From Eubacteriales bacterium (GTDB lineage: Bacteria; Bacillota; Clostridia; Oscillospirales; QAKW01): a stretch of 64,000 nt of DNA. The DNA is taken from NCBI GenBank assembly GCA_045546995.1, contig JAZQDW010000067.1, positions 1,864 to 65,863 on the forward strand. Direction: 5' to 3'. The position numbers and the translations under genes are program-made. Each line of letters begins with the position of its first letter. Within the stretch, counting starts at the first letter, position 1. Below, one piece after another: positions 54,861 to 64,000 of the stretch. The notes beneath the pieces were generated by a model. That model had not been told where the DNA came from and ran no database searches. It saw only the letters and a list, made by a program, of their open reading frames with translations.

Positions 54861-56078
54861 TTATAAGGTGATTTTTTTGAAGGTCTTTTTGCCGCGTTTG
54901 ACGACCAGACCGTCAGCAAAGGCATCCTTGGGGAAGGTGGCGCGGAAATCGGTGACCTTTGCACCGTCTACGCTGACACCGCCCTGCTCGACAGCGCGTC
55001 TGCCCTCGCTACGGGTAGAGACCAAACCGCCCTTAACCAGCACGGAAATGATATCGATCACACCGTCGGTAAAGTCCTCGTCGCTCAAAGCGGCGGAAGG
55101 CATATTGGCGGCGTCGCCTGCGCTGAAGATGGCGCGGGCAGCGGTTTGCGCCTTGACAGCCTCTTCCTCGCCGTGCACCAGCTTGGTCAGCTCGTAGGCC
55201 AAGATCTCTTTAGCGGTATTCAACTGACTGCCCTCCCAGGCATCCATCTTGACGATTTCCTCCAGAGGCAGGAAGGTGAGCATACGAATACATTTGAGAA
55301 CGTCGTCATCCCCAACGTTTCTCCAATACTGATAGAAATCGTAGGGAGAGGTCTTATTGGGATCCAGCCACACGGCGCCGCCGGCAGTCTTACCCATCTT
55401 TTTACCCTCGGAATTGAGCAGCAGGGTGATGGTCATGGCATCAGCCTCACCGCCCAGCTTACGGCGGATCAGTTCTCTGCCGCCCAGCATATTGCTCCAC
55501 TGATCGTCGCCACCGAACTGCAGATTACAACCCAGCGTCTGATACATATGATAAAAGTCATAGCTCTGCATGATCATATAGTTGAACTCAAGGAAGGACA
55601 AGCCTTTCTCCATCCGCTGCTTATAGCACTCGGCGCGCAGCATATTGTTGACCGAGAAGCAAGCGCCGACCTCACGCAGCAGATCCACGTATTTCAGTTC
55701 CAACAGCCAATCGGCGTTATTGACCATAATGGCCTTACCCTCGCCAAATTCAATAAAGCGCTCCATCTGCTTTTTAAAGCAATCGCAGTTGTGCTGAATG
55801 GTCTCCGCCGTCATCATAGAACGCATATCGGTACGGCCGCTGGGGTCACCGATATGACCGGTGCCGCCGCCGATGAGGGCAATGGGGCGGTTGCCTGCCT
55901 GCTGCAATCTTTTCATCAGGCACAGCGCCATAAAGTGGCCCACGTGCAAGCTGTCCGCCGTGGGATCAAAACCAATATAAAATACAGCCTTACCGCTGTT
56001 GACAAGTTCTCTTACCTTTTCTTCGTCAGTCACCTGGGCGATGAGGCCGCGGGCGACCAATTCTTCATAAATCTGCAT
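54861..56078 (-). CDS. tyrS: tyrosine--tRNA ligase
   Basis: HVGH (HIGH) motif, KMGKT (KMSKS) motif, C-terminal S4 domain. Confidence 0.95.
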   Translation of the reverse strand: MQIYEELVARGLIAQVTDEEKVRELVNSGKAVFYIGFDPTADSLHVGHFMALCLMKRLQQAGNRPIALIGGGTGHIGDPSGRTDMRSMMTAETIQHNCDCFKKQMERFIEFGEGKAIMVNNADWLLELKYVDLLREVGACFSVNNMLRAECYKQRMEKGLSFLEFNYMIMQSYDFYHMYQTLGCNLQFGGDDQWSNMLGGRELIRRKLGGEADAMTITLLLNSEGKKMGKTAGGAVWLDPNKTSPYDFYQYWRNVGDDDVLKCIRMLTFLPLEEIVKMDAWEGSQLNTAKEILAYELTKLVHGEEEAVKAQTAARAIFSAGDAANMPSAALSDEDFTDGVIDIISVLVKGGLVSTRSEGRRAVEQGGVSVDGAKVTDFRATFPKDAFADGLVVKRGKKTFKKITL

Positions 56079-56210
56079 CTGTCTTCTCCTTATTACATCA
56101 TTAAATTATATTATAAGAATTATCATTTCTTTTGTCAACTCTTTTTATGGTTGATTTCCGGGAGCAAATGGGCTATAATACTTTGGTAAAGATTTGAAAG
56201 GAGCAAATGA

Positions 56211-56768
56211 ATGAAACGTTGGTCGCTTATACGAAAACTGTTTTGGATCTTTTTTAAGATCGGCGCCTTTACCTTCGGCGGCGGATACGCCATGATCCCG
56301 CTGATCCAGAAGGAAGTGGTGGAAAACAACCAATGGATCACCGATGACGACATTTTGGACATCATCGCCATTGCCGAATCCACCCCCGGACCCATCGCCA
56401 TCAATTCGGCCACCTTTGTAGGCTATAAGATAGCCGGCTTTTGGGGGGCGGCGGCCGCCACAACGGGCGTGGTGCTCCCCTCTTTTGTGATCATTTTGGC
56501 CATTTCCTTTGTACTGAATCAATTTCAGAATCTAAAGGCGGTCAAATACGCCTTTTTCGGCATCCGCGCCGGTGTGCTGGCCCTGTTGATCAAGGCGCTG
56601 TGGAGCATGTATACCAAGTGCCCCAAAGGGATCCTTACCTACTGCCTGATGGCCGCCGCATTTATTGCCGTAGCCGTATTTGATATCGGCGTACTGTGGG
56701 TGATCCTGGGTTGCGCCGTCGCCGGTATCATCGTCGCTCTCATCACGGAAAGGAGGGCGAAAGCATGA
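56211..56768 (+). CDS. chromate transporter family protein (half-size, N-type)
   Basis: FGGGYAMIPL...ESTPGPIAIN. Confidence 0.8.
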   Translation: MKRWSLIRKLFWIFFKIGAFTFGGGYAMIPLIQKEVVENNQWITDDDILDIIAIAESTPGPIAINSATFVGYKIAGFWGAAAATTGVVLPSFVIILAISFVLNQFQNLKAVKYAFFGIRAGVLALLIKALWSMYTKCPKGILTYCLMAAAFIAVAVFDIGVLWVILGCAVAGIIVALITERRAKA

Positions 56769-57361
56769 TCTTTTTAGAGTTGTTTCTGACCTTCTTTATG
56801 ATCGGCGCCTTTACGGTGGGCGGCGGATACGCCATGCTCCCCTTCATTCAATCCGAGGTATTGGCCAAGGGTTGGATGGAGAATGAGGTTCTGACCAACT
56901 TTATTGCCGTCAGTGAGTCCACCCCCGGCCCCTTCGCCATCAACATTTCCACCTACATCGGCGCCGTTAAGGGAGGCGAGGCATTGGGCATCGGCGGCAG
57001 CTTTTTAGGCTCCTTTTGCGCCACCATGGGCGTAGTGCTCCCCTCGTTTATCATCATTTTAATCGTTGCCCGTATCTTTGAGGCGTTTAAGACCAACAAA
57101 TACGTCAAGGGCGCCATGACCGGTCTGCGGCCCGCAGTAGTGGGACTGATCGGCGCGGCTATCATTTCGGTAGCGTTGACCGTGTTTTTCCCCGATGGGC
57201 TGAATCTAACCGTTTTCAAGGAGGTCACCACCTATATTTCCTTGGCCGTCTTTGCCGTGATGACGGTACTGGCCTTCAAAAAGGTACATCCCATTATCAT
57301 TATCTGCATTTCCGCCGTGATCGGCATCGCGGCAGGCTATGCCCTGCAATTACCTATGTAA
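56765..57361 (+). CDS. chromate transporter family protein (half-size, second subunit)
   Basis: VGGGYAMLPF...ESTPGPFAIN. ATGA overlap with the previous gene. Confidence 0.8.
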   Translation: MIFLELFLTFFMIGAFTVGGGYAMLPFIQSEVLAKGWMENEVLTNFIAVSESTPGPFAINISTYIGAVKGGEALGIGGSFLGSFCATMGVVLPSFIIILIVARIFEAFKTNKYVKGAMTGLRPAVVGLIGAAIISVALTVFFPDGLNLTVFKEVTTYISLAVFAVMTVLAFKKVHPIIIICISAVIGIAAGYALQLPM

Positions 57362-57380
57362 AATTTTAAAGGACACACCG

Positions 57381-57419
57381 CAGAGAGACACTTCGTAAAG
57401 AAGTCGTCTCTCTGTTTTT
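57381..57419 (+). terminator. intrinsic terminator
   Basis: CAGAGAGAC...GTCTCTCTG stem followed by T5. Confidence 0.75.
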
Positions 57420-57533
57420 ATATAAAAATGACACTTTACGCAAAAGCGAAAGTGTCATAGTGGGTTACGTATTTTAAAGCATATATAAAAGTTACTTGCC
57501 GAAAACAAGAAATTTATTTTTCGGCAGGTTTAA

Positions 57534-57706
57534 GTGATATTGCAAACTACCGTTTGCAGTGATATTTTGCCTTGCGGCAAAGTGAGATAAAAGCCTGCGG
57601 CTTTTGTGATATTATATTCGCTCCACAACTCGGCGAAGCCGAATATCACACGGCATAACCGTATATCACTGCGAAGCAATATCACTCGCCTTTAGGCGAA
57701 TATAAC
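57534..57706. repeat. mirror array of heptamer GTGATAT / ATATCAC interleaved with unique short hairpins
   Basis: GTGATAT at 57534, 57559 and 57606; GTGAGAT at 57582. ATATCAC at 57643, 57663 and 57679; ATATAAC at 57700. Each unit carries a different 9-19 nt palindrome. Confidence 0.7.
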
Positions 57707-57752
57707 TGCGGCACCTTCCTTACGGAGGGTGCCGCCAGTGTGTCCTTTTTAT

Positions 57753-58475
57753 TTATTGCATCATAGTGTCCAACAGGGACGAAGCGAAAAGATAATTCAT
57801 CTCCCGCTTGGGATGATTGATGTAATTGGCCAGCAGATCGGTGGTGTCCACCCCCAGGGCGGCCAACCGTTTCCATTTGGCATAGACGTCGCAAACAGGC
57901 ACGTCATACTCTGCCGCCACGGCCTTCGCCGCATCAATATAGCGATCCAGCACCCCTGCATTTTGCCGCTCGGCCACCTTACCTGCAAACTCACGCAGGT
58001 TTTCCCACGGGATATGACAGCTGACCTCGGTGTTTTGCATATTGGGGGTCATAAAGATCACCTCACCGCCGTCGGCCTTGAGCTTTTCAAAAATGCCGGC
58101 AAGGGCGGTGGTGTAACGATCTAATTTATCAAGGCCCTGGGCGTTGTCATTCAGACCGAAGCAAACCACCGTAAGGTCCGGATGATGAGACAGCACGTCC
58201 CGTTCCAGCCGTTCCAACGCTCTGGGGGCATTATCGCCACTGATGCCCGCATTGATGATATTCACCGGGCTTTCGGGGAACAGCAGCGTCAACATATCAT
58301 AAAGATACTTATGATATGCACTGGATTTATCAAATACGGTCTCAAGATTTCCATCGTTTTTGTAGTAGACCTCAAAGCAACCCTGAGTCACACTGTCCCC
58401 CAAAAAGGCAATGGTGGGCGTAGGTCTACCCTGGCGATCGCGCCCCTTGGCAGCCAGTTTTTCCATTATTTTCAT
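57753..58475 (-). CDS. SGNH/GDSL hydrolase family protein
   Basis: FLGDSVTQG block I and a GLNDN block. ATG 58475 after AAGGAG. The track N-extension overlaps the upstream gene. Confidence 0.8.
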   Translation of the reverse strand: MKIMEKLAAKGRDRQGRPTPTIAFLGDSVTQGCFEVYYKNDGNLETVFDKSSAYHKYLYDMLTLLFPESPVNIINAGISGDNAPRALERLERDVLSHHPDLTVVCFGLNDNAQGLDKLDRYTTALAGIFEKLKADGGEVIFMTPNMQNTEVSCHIPWENLREFAGKVAERQNAGVLDRYIDAAKAVAAEYDVPVCDVYAKWKRLAALGVDTTDLLANYINHPKREMNYLFASSLLDTMMQ

Positions 58476-58485
58476 AAAAAACTCC

Positions 58486-59058
58486 TTATTCGGGTTTGGT
58501 TTCCAATTGCAGAGGAAAATCGCCCAATTTGTTGACCTTAAATCCGTTTTGCTTGTACGTCTCGTAATCAAAGGCTTCCAGCTCGTCAATGGCCAATTTG
58601 TGGAACTCATAAAAATTATGCCACCATTCATAGCCACTGCCAAGTTCTGCATTGAGATAGGCGTCTGCAATATCACAGCCCATGGCAGGCGCCACATAAA
58701 AGGCTCCCATGGCCAATACGTTAACACCGTTGCCCGTGATGGCGCGCAACGCTGCCGGCACACTTTCTACTACGCCGGCATGGACGTGAGGGCATTTGCT
58801 GGCCGCAATATGGATACCCATACCGGTACCGCAAAACAGCAACGCTCTTTCAAACTCCCCTTCACTGATCATCGCGCCCGCCCGCAGGCCTACACGATGA
58901 AACATCAAGTCGGTATCGTCCGGATCGCTATCGGCGCGAACGCCCACGTCCGTCACCTTCCATCCCTTTGCCTGCAGATGGGCGACCACCGCCTCCTTCA
59001 GCGGAAATCCGGCAAAATCAGCGCCAACCAAAATATATTTATCCTTTACTGTCTTCAT
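58486..59058 (-). CDS. RpiB/LacA/LacB family sugar-phosphate isomerase with C-terminal extension
   Basis: LFCGTGMGIHIAASK motif. Confidence 0.75.
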   Translation of the reverse strand: MKTVKDKYILVGADFAGFPLKEAVVAHLQAKGWKVTDVGVRADSDPDDTDLMFHRVGLRAGAMISEGEFERALLFCGTGMGIHIAASKCPHVHAGVVESVPAALRAITGNGVNVLAMGAFYVAPAMGCDIADAYLNAELGSGYEWWHNFYEFHKLAIDELEAFDYETYKQNGFKVNKLGDFPLQLETKPE

Positions 59059-59203
59059 AAAACGTTCTCCTTTCCAAGTACTGACTCAATTATAAAATGA
59101 ATTGCCTGTAAAATCAAGCATATTCTTTTACTTTGCTCCCTTGCAATCACAATCGCTCTATGGTACAATAATGACAATTTGCCAAAGAAGAGAGGGTGTT
59201 TGT

Positions 59204-60583
59204 ATGGCCGGTCGTTTTTTCGGTGATCGACAGTTTTATAAAAAGATCATCTATCTGATGATTCCCATCATGATCCAGAACGGAATTACCAACTTCGTCA
59301 ATATGCTGGATAATATCATGGTTGGCCGTGTGGGCACAGCAGAAATGACGGGTGTTGCCGTCAGTAACCAATTGTTGTTCGTATTTAATTTGTGCATTTT
59401 CGGCGCCATCAGCGGCGCCGGCATTTTCGGCGCTCAATTTTTCGGTAAGGGCGACCAAAAAGGTGTGCGGCACACCTTCCGCTTTAAACTGATTTTTTGC
59501 ACTCTCATCACCGTCGGCGCTATCGCTTTGCTGTTTTTCGGTGCGGATGCGCTGATCGGTCTGTACCTCAAAGGAGAGGGCAACGCCGCCGATATTGCCG
59601 CCACGCTGGCCTACGCCAAAGAGTATTTATTCATTATGCTGATCGGTTTGTTCCCCTACAGCATCGCGCAGTGTTATTCCGGTACCCTGCGTGAATCGGG
59701 CGAGACCGTATTGCCCATGGTGGCAGGCGTAACCGCCGTTTTGGTCAATCTCGTTTTAAATTACGTATTGATCTTCGGTAATTTCGGCGCTCCGAAATTG
59801 GGTGTGGCGGGCGCCGCCATCGCCACGGCAATCTCCCGTTTTGTCGAATGCGGCATCGTAATGATATGGACCCGTATGCAGGCAAAGCGATTTCCGTTTA
59901 TCCTTGGGACCTATCGCAGTATGTACGTACCGATGGCTCTGGTCAAACAAATTTTCGCCAAAGGTTTGCCACTGATGGCAAACGAGGTAATGTGGGCGGC
60001 CGGTATCGCGCTGATCAATCAATGCTATTCGGTACGGGGACTGGACGTGGTAACCGCCACCAACATCTCGCAGACCTTTTGGAACGTGTTTTCCGTCGCC
60101 TTTATGGCGGTGGGCGTTGCTATCGGCATCGTCGTCGGTCAAATGCTGGGCGCCGGCGAAACGGAGGAGGCAAAGCTGGCCGCCTCCCGTATGATTACCT
60201 TTTCCATTCTGCTTTCTGCGGCAATGGGGCTGTGCTATTGCGTTGCCGCCATTTGGATCCCCGCCGCATACAACACCACCGACGATATTCGTCAAATGGC
60301 CACCCGCATTATGCAGATCAGCGCCCTGGCCATGCCGCTGGATGCCTGCGCCCATGCCAGTTATTTCACCCTGCGCTCGGGAGGAAAGACCTTTATCACC
60401 TTTATCTTTGACAGCGGATACGTTTGGCTGTTTCATTTACCGGTAGCCGCGCTGTTGGTGTATTGCACCGACCTGCCCATTTTACCACTGTATCTGATCT
60501 GTCAGCTGTTGTTGATTTTCAAAAGTATTCTCGGCCTTGTGTTCGTTGCCAAAGGCAACTGGGCCAACCGTATCGTTGCATAA
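59204..60583 (+). CDS. MATE family efflux transporter
   Basis: 12-TM profile. N-terminal IPIMIQNGITNFVNMLDNIMVG. Confidence 0.85.
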   Translation: MAGRFFGDRQFYKKIIYLMIPIMIQNGITNFVNMLDNIMVGRVGTAEMTGVAVSNQLLFVFNLCIFGAISGAGIFGAQFFGKGDQKGVRHTFRFKLIFCTLITVGAIALLFFGADALIGLYLKGEGNAADIAATLAYAKEYLFIMLIGLFPYSIAQCYSGTLRESGETVLPMVAGVTAVLVNLVLNYVLIFGNFGAPKLGVAGAAIATAISRFVECGIVMIWTRMQAKRFPFILGTYRSMYVPMALVKQIFAKGLPLMANEVMWAAGIALINQCYSVRGLDVVTATNISQTFWNVFSVAFMAVGVAIGIVVGQMLGAGETEEAKLAASRMITFSILLSAAMGLCYCVAAIWIPAAYNTTDDIRQMATRIMQISALAMPLDACAHASYFTLRSGGKTFITFIFDSGYVWLFHLPVAALLVYCTDLPILPLYLICQLLLIFKSILGLVFVAKGNWANRIVA

Positions 60584-60617
60584 AATAAAAGGAGCAAGTT
60601 TTTGCTCCTTTTATTTT
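60584..60617. terminator. bidirectional terminator
   Basis: AAAAGGAGCAA/TTGCTCCTTTT stem. Confidence 0.75.
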
Positions 60618-61077
60618 ATTCAGGATAATTCATACGGTCCACGTTCCAGTTTGCTAAAACCATTTTCATTTCAGCGGCAATGTCCTTGGCTCCGGGTAGA
60701 TCGTGCTCCTTATAATTGCCACACTCCTCTTTTTTACTGCCGGGAATCGCGCCCACAAAGCCGCTGATAAAATCCACCGATGCCTGCACCAAAGCAAGAG
60801 CATCTGCGTAACTGACCGTGTCCCGCAGCAGAAGATAAAACCCGGTACGACAGCCCATGGGCCCGACGTAGATCACCTGCTCACCCAGTGTGCTGTTGCG
60901 GGCGTAGGTGGCAAATAAATGCTCGAAAGTGTGCATGGCGCCGTTGGAAAGATAATCACCGCCGTTGGGCAGTTTCATCCGAATATCATAGGTCACCACG
61001 TCCCCGTCCACACGGGAGATATACATTCCACGGGTCAGGGTATCGTGATTGATGGTAAAGCTGGCAATTTTTTTCAT
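60616..61077 (-). CDS. luxS: S-ribosylhomocysteine lyase
   Basis: HTFEHL metal motif and GCRTGFY. Confidence 0.95.
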   Translation of the reverse strand: MKKIASFTINHDTLTRGMYISRVDGDVVTYDIRMKLPNGGDYLSNGAMHTFEHLFATYARNSTLGEQVIYVGPMGCRTGFYLLLRDTVSYADALALVQASVDFISGFVGAIPGSKKEECGNYKEHDLPGAKDIAAEMKMVLANWNVDRMNYPE

Positions 61078-61188
61078 ACTTCATTCTCCTTTGTATATTT
61101 TATTGTAGCACGGTTGTCTGTCCGTGTCAATCTTCCCCCTTGCAATACGAGTGCAGATATAGTAAAATAAGGCAAAGGAGAACGGGAT

Positions 61189-61842
61189 ATGTATTATTTA
61201 TTTGATTTGGACGGCACGCTGACCAAGCCGGAAACGGGCATCACCAATTCCATCAAGTATGCCCTGCAAAAATTTGATATTACCGAAGAGGATATGGATA
61301 AATTGCGGTTGTGCATCGGACCGCCGCTGATCGACTCGTTTGAAACGTTCTGGCACTTTCCCCGTCCCAAGGCCGAGCAGGCCGTGGCGTATTATCGGGA
61401 GTATTTTGCCGTAAAAGGATTGTTTGAAAACGAGGTATACGAGGGCATCCCCACGCTGCTGCAACGGCTGTCCGCCAAGGGTGGAAAGCTGATTTTGGCC
61501 ACCTCCAAGCCGGAGGAATACGCCGCGCAGATCTTAGATCATTTCGGTCTGCTGTCCTATTTTACGGCGGTCGTGGGCAACACCTTAAAAGAAGAGCGTC
61601 CCAAGAAAGAGGACGTGCTGGCCCACATTTTAACGTTGTTTCCCGACATCAGCAAGGAAAACGCCATTATGATCGGCGACCGAAAATACGATATCATCGG
61701 CGCCGCCCGTATGGGTCTGCCCTCGGTGGGTGTGCTGTACGGCTATGGCGACAGAGCAGAAATGAAAGCGGCAGGCGCCACCGATATATGTGAAACCGTG
61801 GCTGACCTGCAGGAATTTTTACTGGAAAGGACCAAATTATGA
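61189..61842 (+). CDS. HAD family hydrolase (phosphoglycolate phosphatase-like)
   Basis: DLDGTL motif I, TSK motif II, GDRKYD motif IV. Confidence 0.8.
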   Translation: MYYLFDLDGTLTKPETGITNSIKYALQKFDITEEDMDKLRLCIGPPLIDSFETFWHFPRPKAEQAVAYYREYFAVKGLFENEVYEGIPTLLQRLSAKGGKLILATSKPEEYAAQILDHFGLLSYFTAVVGNTLKEERPKKEDVLAHILTLFPDISKENAIMIGDRKYDIIGAARMGLPSVGVLYGYGDRAEMKAAGATDICETVADLQEFLLERTKL

Positions 61843-62282
61843 GAGCAGTTGTAACCCGTGTCAAAGAGGCATCCGTCACCATTGACGGTACGGTAAACGG
61901 CGCCATTGGCAAAGGATATTTGATTTTGTTGGGCATTGCCCCCACCGATACGGAGGCGCAGGCTGATTGGCTGGCCGATCGGATCGTGGGATGCCGTGTA
62001 TTTGAGGACGAAAACGGAAAAATGAATTTATCCCTGGGTCAGATAGAAGGCGCGCTGTTGGTGGTATCCCAGTTCACCCTGTACGCCGATCTGAAAAGCC
62101 GCCGTCCCGGCTTTACCGGCGCCGCCCGACCCGACATTGCCGAGCCGCTGTACCGTTATTTTTTGAAAGCGTTGGCCGCAAAGGGCTTTACCGTGGCGCA
62201 CGGTGAATTTGGCGCAGATATGCAGGTCTACTCCATCAACGATGGGCCGGTGACCCTGCTGTTTGACAGTGAAAACAAATAA
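61839..62282 (+). CDS. dtd: D-aminoacyl-tRNA deacylase
   Basis: MRAVVTRV...SQFTLYAD...GPVTLL. Confidence 0.95.
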   Translation: MRAVVTRVKEASVTIDGTVNGAIGKGYLILLGIAPTDTEAQADWLADRIVGCRVFEDENGKMNLSLGQIEGALLVVSQFTLYADLKSRRPGFTGAARPDIAEPLYRYFLKALAAKGFTVAHGEFGADMQVYSINDGPVTLLFDSENK

Positions 62283-62320
62283 ACAGAAGCCGCTTGTCAC
62301 AAAACAAGCGGCTTCTGTTT
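62281..62320. terminator. bidirectional terminator
   Basis: 17-bp stem AAACAGAAGCCGCTTGT/ACAAGCGGCTTCTGTTT. Confidence 0.8.
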
Positions 62321-63161
62321 ACAGATCGTCATAAGGGTGCTCGGGCAAAATGTTTTCAAAAATATAGGTGCTTACGTATTGTTTAGCCAAGCGCAGCTGT
62401 TCTTCCGTACGGATGGTCCAGCCGGCGGTGGCCGCACCCAGCATTTTACAAACGCCGAAGGCCAGCGCATTGGTGTCCATCACGTCATAGCTGATAAAAT
62501 CGGGGCGTGCCAGAAAATTAAAAAGCAACCAGCCCGAGAGGATATTTAAAAATTTGCGGTCCTTTTTTTCGTGTACCAGAAAATTACGCGAAAGCTGTCC
62601 GCGACAGATGGAGGCATGATGCAGGCGGTACCACCACAGCACCGGCGGATAAAAGGACTGAATGATATATTTTCCGTGGTATTCCCGCAGAATCCGATCT
62701 GCCGCCGCGCAGAGGGCGGCGCTGTTTCCGCGGACACATTTAAATTCCAACAAAAGGGGCACGTCGCCATCCACCAGTTTCAGCACCTGCTGCAACGTAG
62801 GAATGGTCTGATCGGTACCGTCCAGATGCAGCGCCTGCAATTCGGCCAAAGTGGATCCTTCTATCGACAGATCCTGCTCACACAAGCGACCGGTGGTATC
62901 ATCGTGAAAGACTACCACGTGACCATCCTTGGTCAAATGGATATCCGTTTCAATGCAAAACCCCAGCTTTTTTGCAAGCAAAAAGGCATTGATCGAGTTT
63001 TCGGGGGCGCCCATTTCCCGATTATGAAGTCCACGGTGCGCCACGTACATTCCGCGCATCAACACCCTGTCCCCATGGCGACGCAGGGCGGGAAAAATCA
63101 AAAACAAATACAGCAAAAAAACTGCGACGATCACAATGACCGCAACTGTCATAGCCATCAC
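62319..63161 (-). CDS. glycerophosphodiester phosphodiesterase family protein with N-terminal TM anchor
   Basis: VAHRG...ENS...ETDIHLTKDGHVVVFHD. Confidence 0.85.
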   Translation of the reverse strand: MMAMTVAVIVIVAVFLLYLFLIFPALRRHGDRVLMRGMYVAHRGLHNREMGAPENSINAFLLAKKLGFCIETDIHLTKDGHVVVFHDDTTGRLCEQDLSIEGSTLAELQALHLDGTDQTIPTLQQVLKLVDGDVPLLLEFKCVRGNSAALCAAADRILREYHGKYIIQSFYPPVLWWYRLHHASICRGQLSRNFLVHEKKDRKFLNILSGWLLFNFLARPDFISYDVMDTNALAFGVCKMLGAATAGWTIRTEEQLRLAKQYVSTYIFENILPEHPYDDL

Positions 63162-63292
63162 CTACCTTATTATGTATTGTATCAGTTTATGCGGAAATAT
63201 GCAAGTCGGCATTGTATTTTTACGCAAATTATGATACACTTTGAAAAAGACCGATATACACGGCCGACCACAGCCGAGAAAGGAGGCACGCC

Positions 63293-64000
63293 ATGCGTTT
63301 AAGCGGCATCACCATCCCCGTCGACCAACATCAGGACATCATTGCCGCCGCAACCAAAAAATGCGGCAGAAAGCCCACGAGCGTCCGCATTCTGAAGCGG
63401 TCCGTTGATGCGCGAAAAGCGCCCGTACGCTTTGTTTACAACCTGGAAGCCACGTTTGACGGCGTTCCGTTGCCACCCATCGAGCGTCTGCAGGTACCGC
63501 AAAAGAAAGCGGAGAGACGACCGGTGGTCATCGGCTTCGGCCCGTGCGGAATGTTTGCCGCATTAATATTGGCGCAGGCAGGATTACGCCCCATTGTACT
63601 GGAACGGGGCAAAAGCGTTAATCAGCGGCAAAAGGATATCGATGCGTTTTGGAAGGGCGGTCCCCTACTGCCTCACAGTAACGTGCAGTTTGGCGAAGGC
63701 GGCGCCGGAACCTTTTCCGACGGCAAGCTGACCACCCTCATCGGCAGTCCTCTTTGCGCCGAAGTGTTGGAAACCTTTATTGAGTGCGGTGCGCCCGAGG
63801 AGATCCGATGGCTGTCCAAGCCACATATCGGCACGGACGTTTTGCGACAGGTAGTGACAAATCTGCGGCAGAAAATCATTGCTCTGGGCGGGGAGATCCG
63901 CTTTGAAACGCAGGTTACCGAACTCATTACCCAAAACGGCATTCTGCAGGGTGTGGTGGCCGGTGAGGTCATCCCGGCCAAACAGGTCGTTTTGGCCATC
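63293..64000 (+). CDS. FAD-dependent protein (COG2509-like NAD(FAD)-utilizing dehydrogenase), 3' end off window
   Basis: Absent from the track (edge-truncated). AGGAGG then ATG 63293. MRLSGITIPV...VVIGFGPCGMFAAL...FGEGGAGTFSDGKL. Confidence 0.75.
   Translation, partial: MRLSGITIPVDQHQDIIAAATKKCGRKPTSVRILKRSVDARKAPVRFVYNLEATFDGVPLPPIERLQVPQKKAERRPVVIGFGPCGMFAALILAQAGLRPIVLERGKSVNQRQKDIDAFWKGGPLLPHSNVQFGEGGAGTFSDGKLTTLIGSPLCAEVLETFIECGAPEEIRWLSKPHIGTDVLRQVVTNLRQKIIALGGEIRFETQVTELITQNGILQGVVAGEVIPAKQVVLAI

Noticed and set aside
56079-56210. T-box leader upstream of tyrS.
   Set aside because: Only about 130 nt separate tyrS from the divergent chrA gene. I saw no specifier or T-box sequence and no terminator/antiterminator pair.

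Overview
This 64-kb window looks like a Firmicutes/Clostridia chromosome, judged only from gene content (ackA, thyX, tmk, PerR plus rubrerythrin, a glycyl radical enzyme, luxS, mltG, tyrS). Most of it is ordinary housekeeping and sugar-metabolism genes. Many long ORFs in the six-frame track are antisense shadows of these genes. Two edge-truncated genes are missing from the track (1..772 minus, 63293..64000 plus).

The unusual part is 32.5-53.7 kb. Two copies of a ~229-bp module, about 95% identical, sit in inverted orientation (32522..32750 and 53441..53668) and both point inward. Each module contains a promoter, an SD-preceded 22-codon Cys-containing small ORF, and an intrinsic terminator.

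- **Left copy:** it directly precedes a 2136-aa Sec-signal Rhs/YD-repeat toxin (32778..39188). The toxin has an AT-rich C-terminal tip I cannot assign, and an overlapping polytopic membrane protein follows (putative immunity).
- **Right copy:** it precedes a toxin-less string of small membrane and zinc-ribbon genes.

Both arms also carry a diverged RAYT-type HUH/Y1 transposase-like gene with a C-terminal HTH (40413..41159 and 51550..52293). Both arms hold about 18 copies of one REP-like hairpin family (core GGGGACGGTTCT in the loop, two covarying stem versions). These copies sit at cassette boundaries and next to two orphan rhs fragments, and I did not see them elsewhere in the window.

A second, nested inverted repeat (42573..42639 and 50712..50782) brackets an 8-kb core segment with four tRNAs, dusB, mntP and others.

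Separately, two intergenic loci (46924..47052 and 57534..57706) hold mirror-symmetric arrays of a conserved heptamer, GTGAT(A/G)(T/C), each followed by a unique short GC hairpin. I cannot assign these to any known element.

Everything here comes from reading the sequence by eye. No database search was run, so family names rest on recognised motifs, and coordinates of small elements may be off by a few nt.
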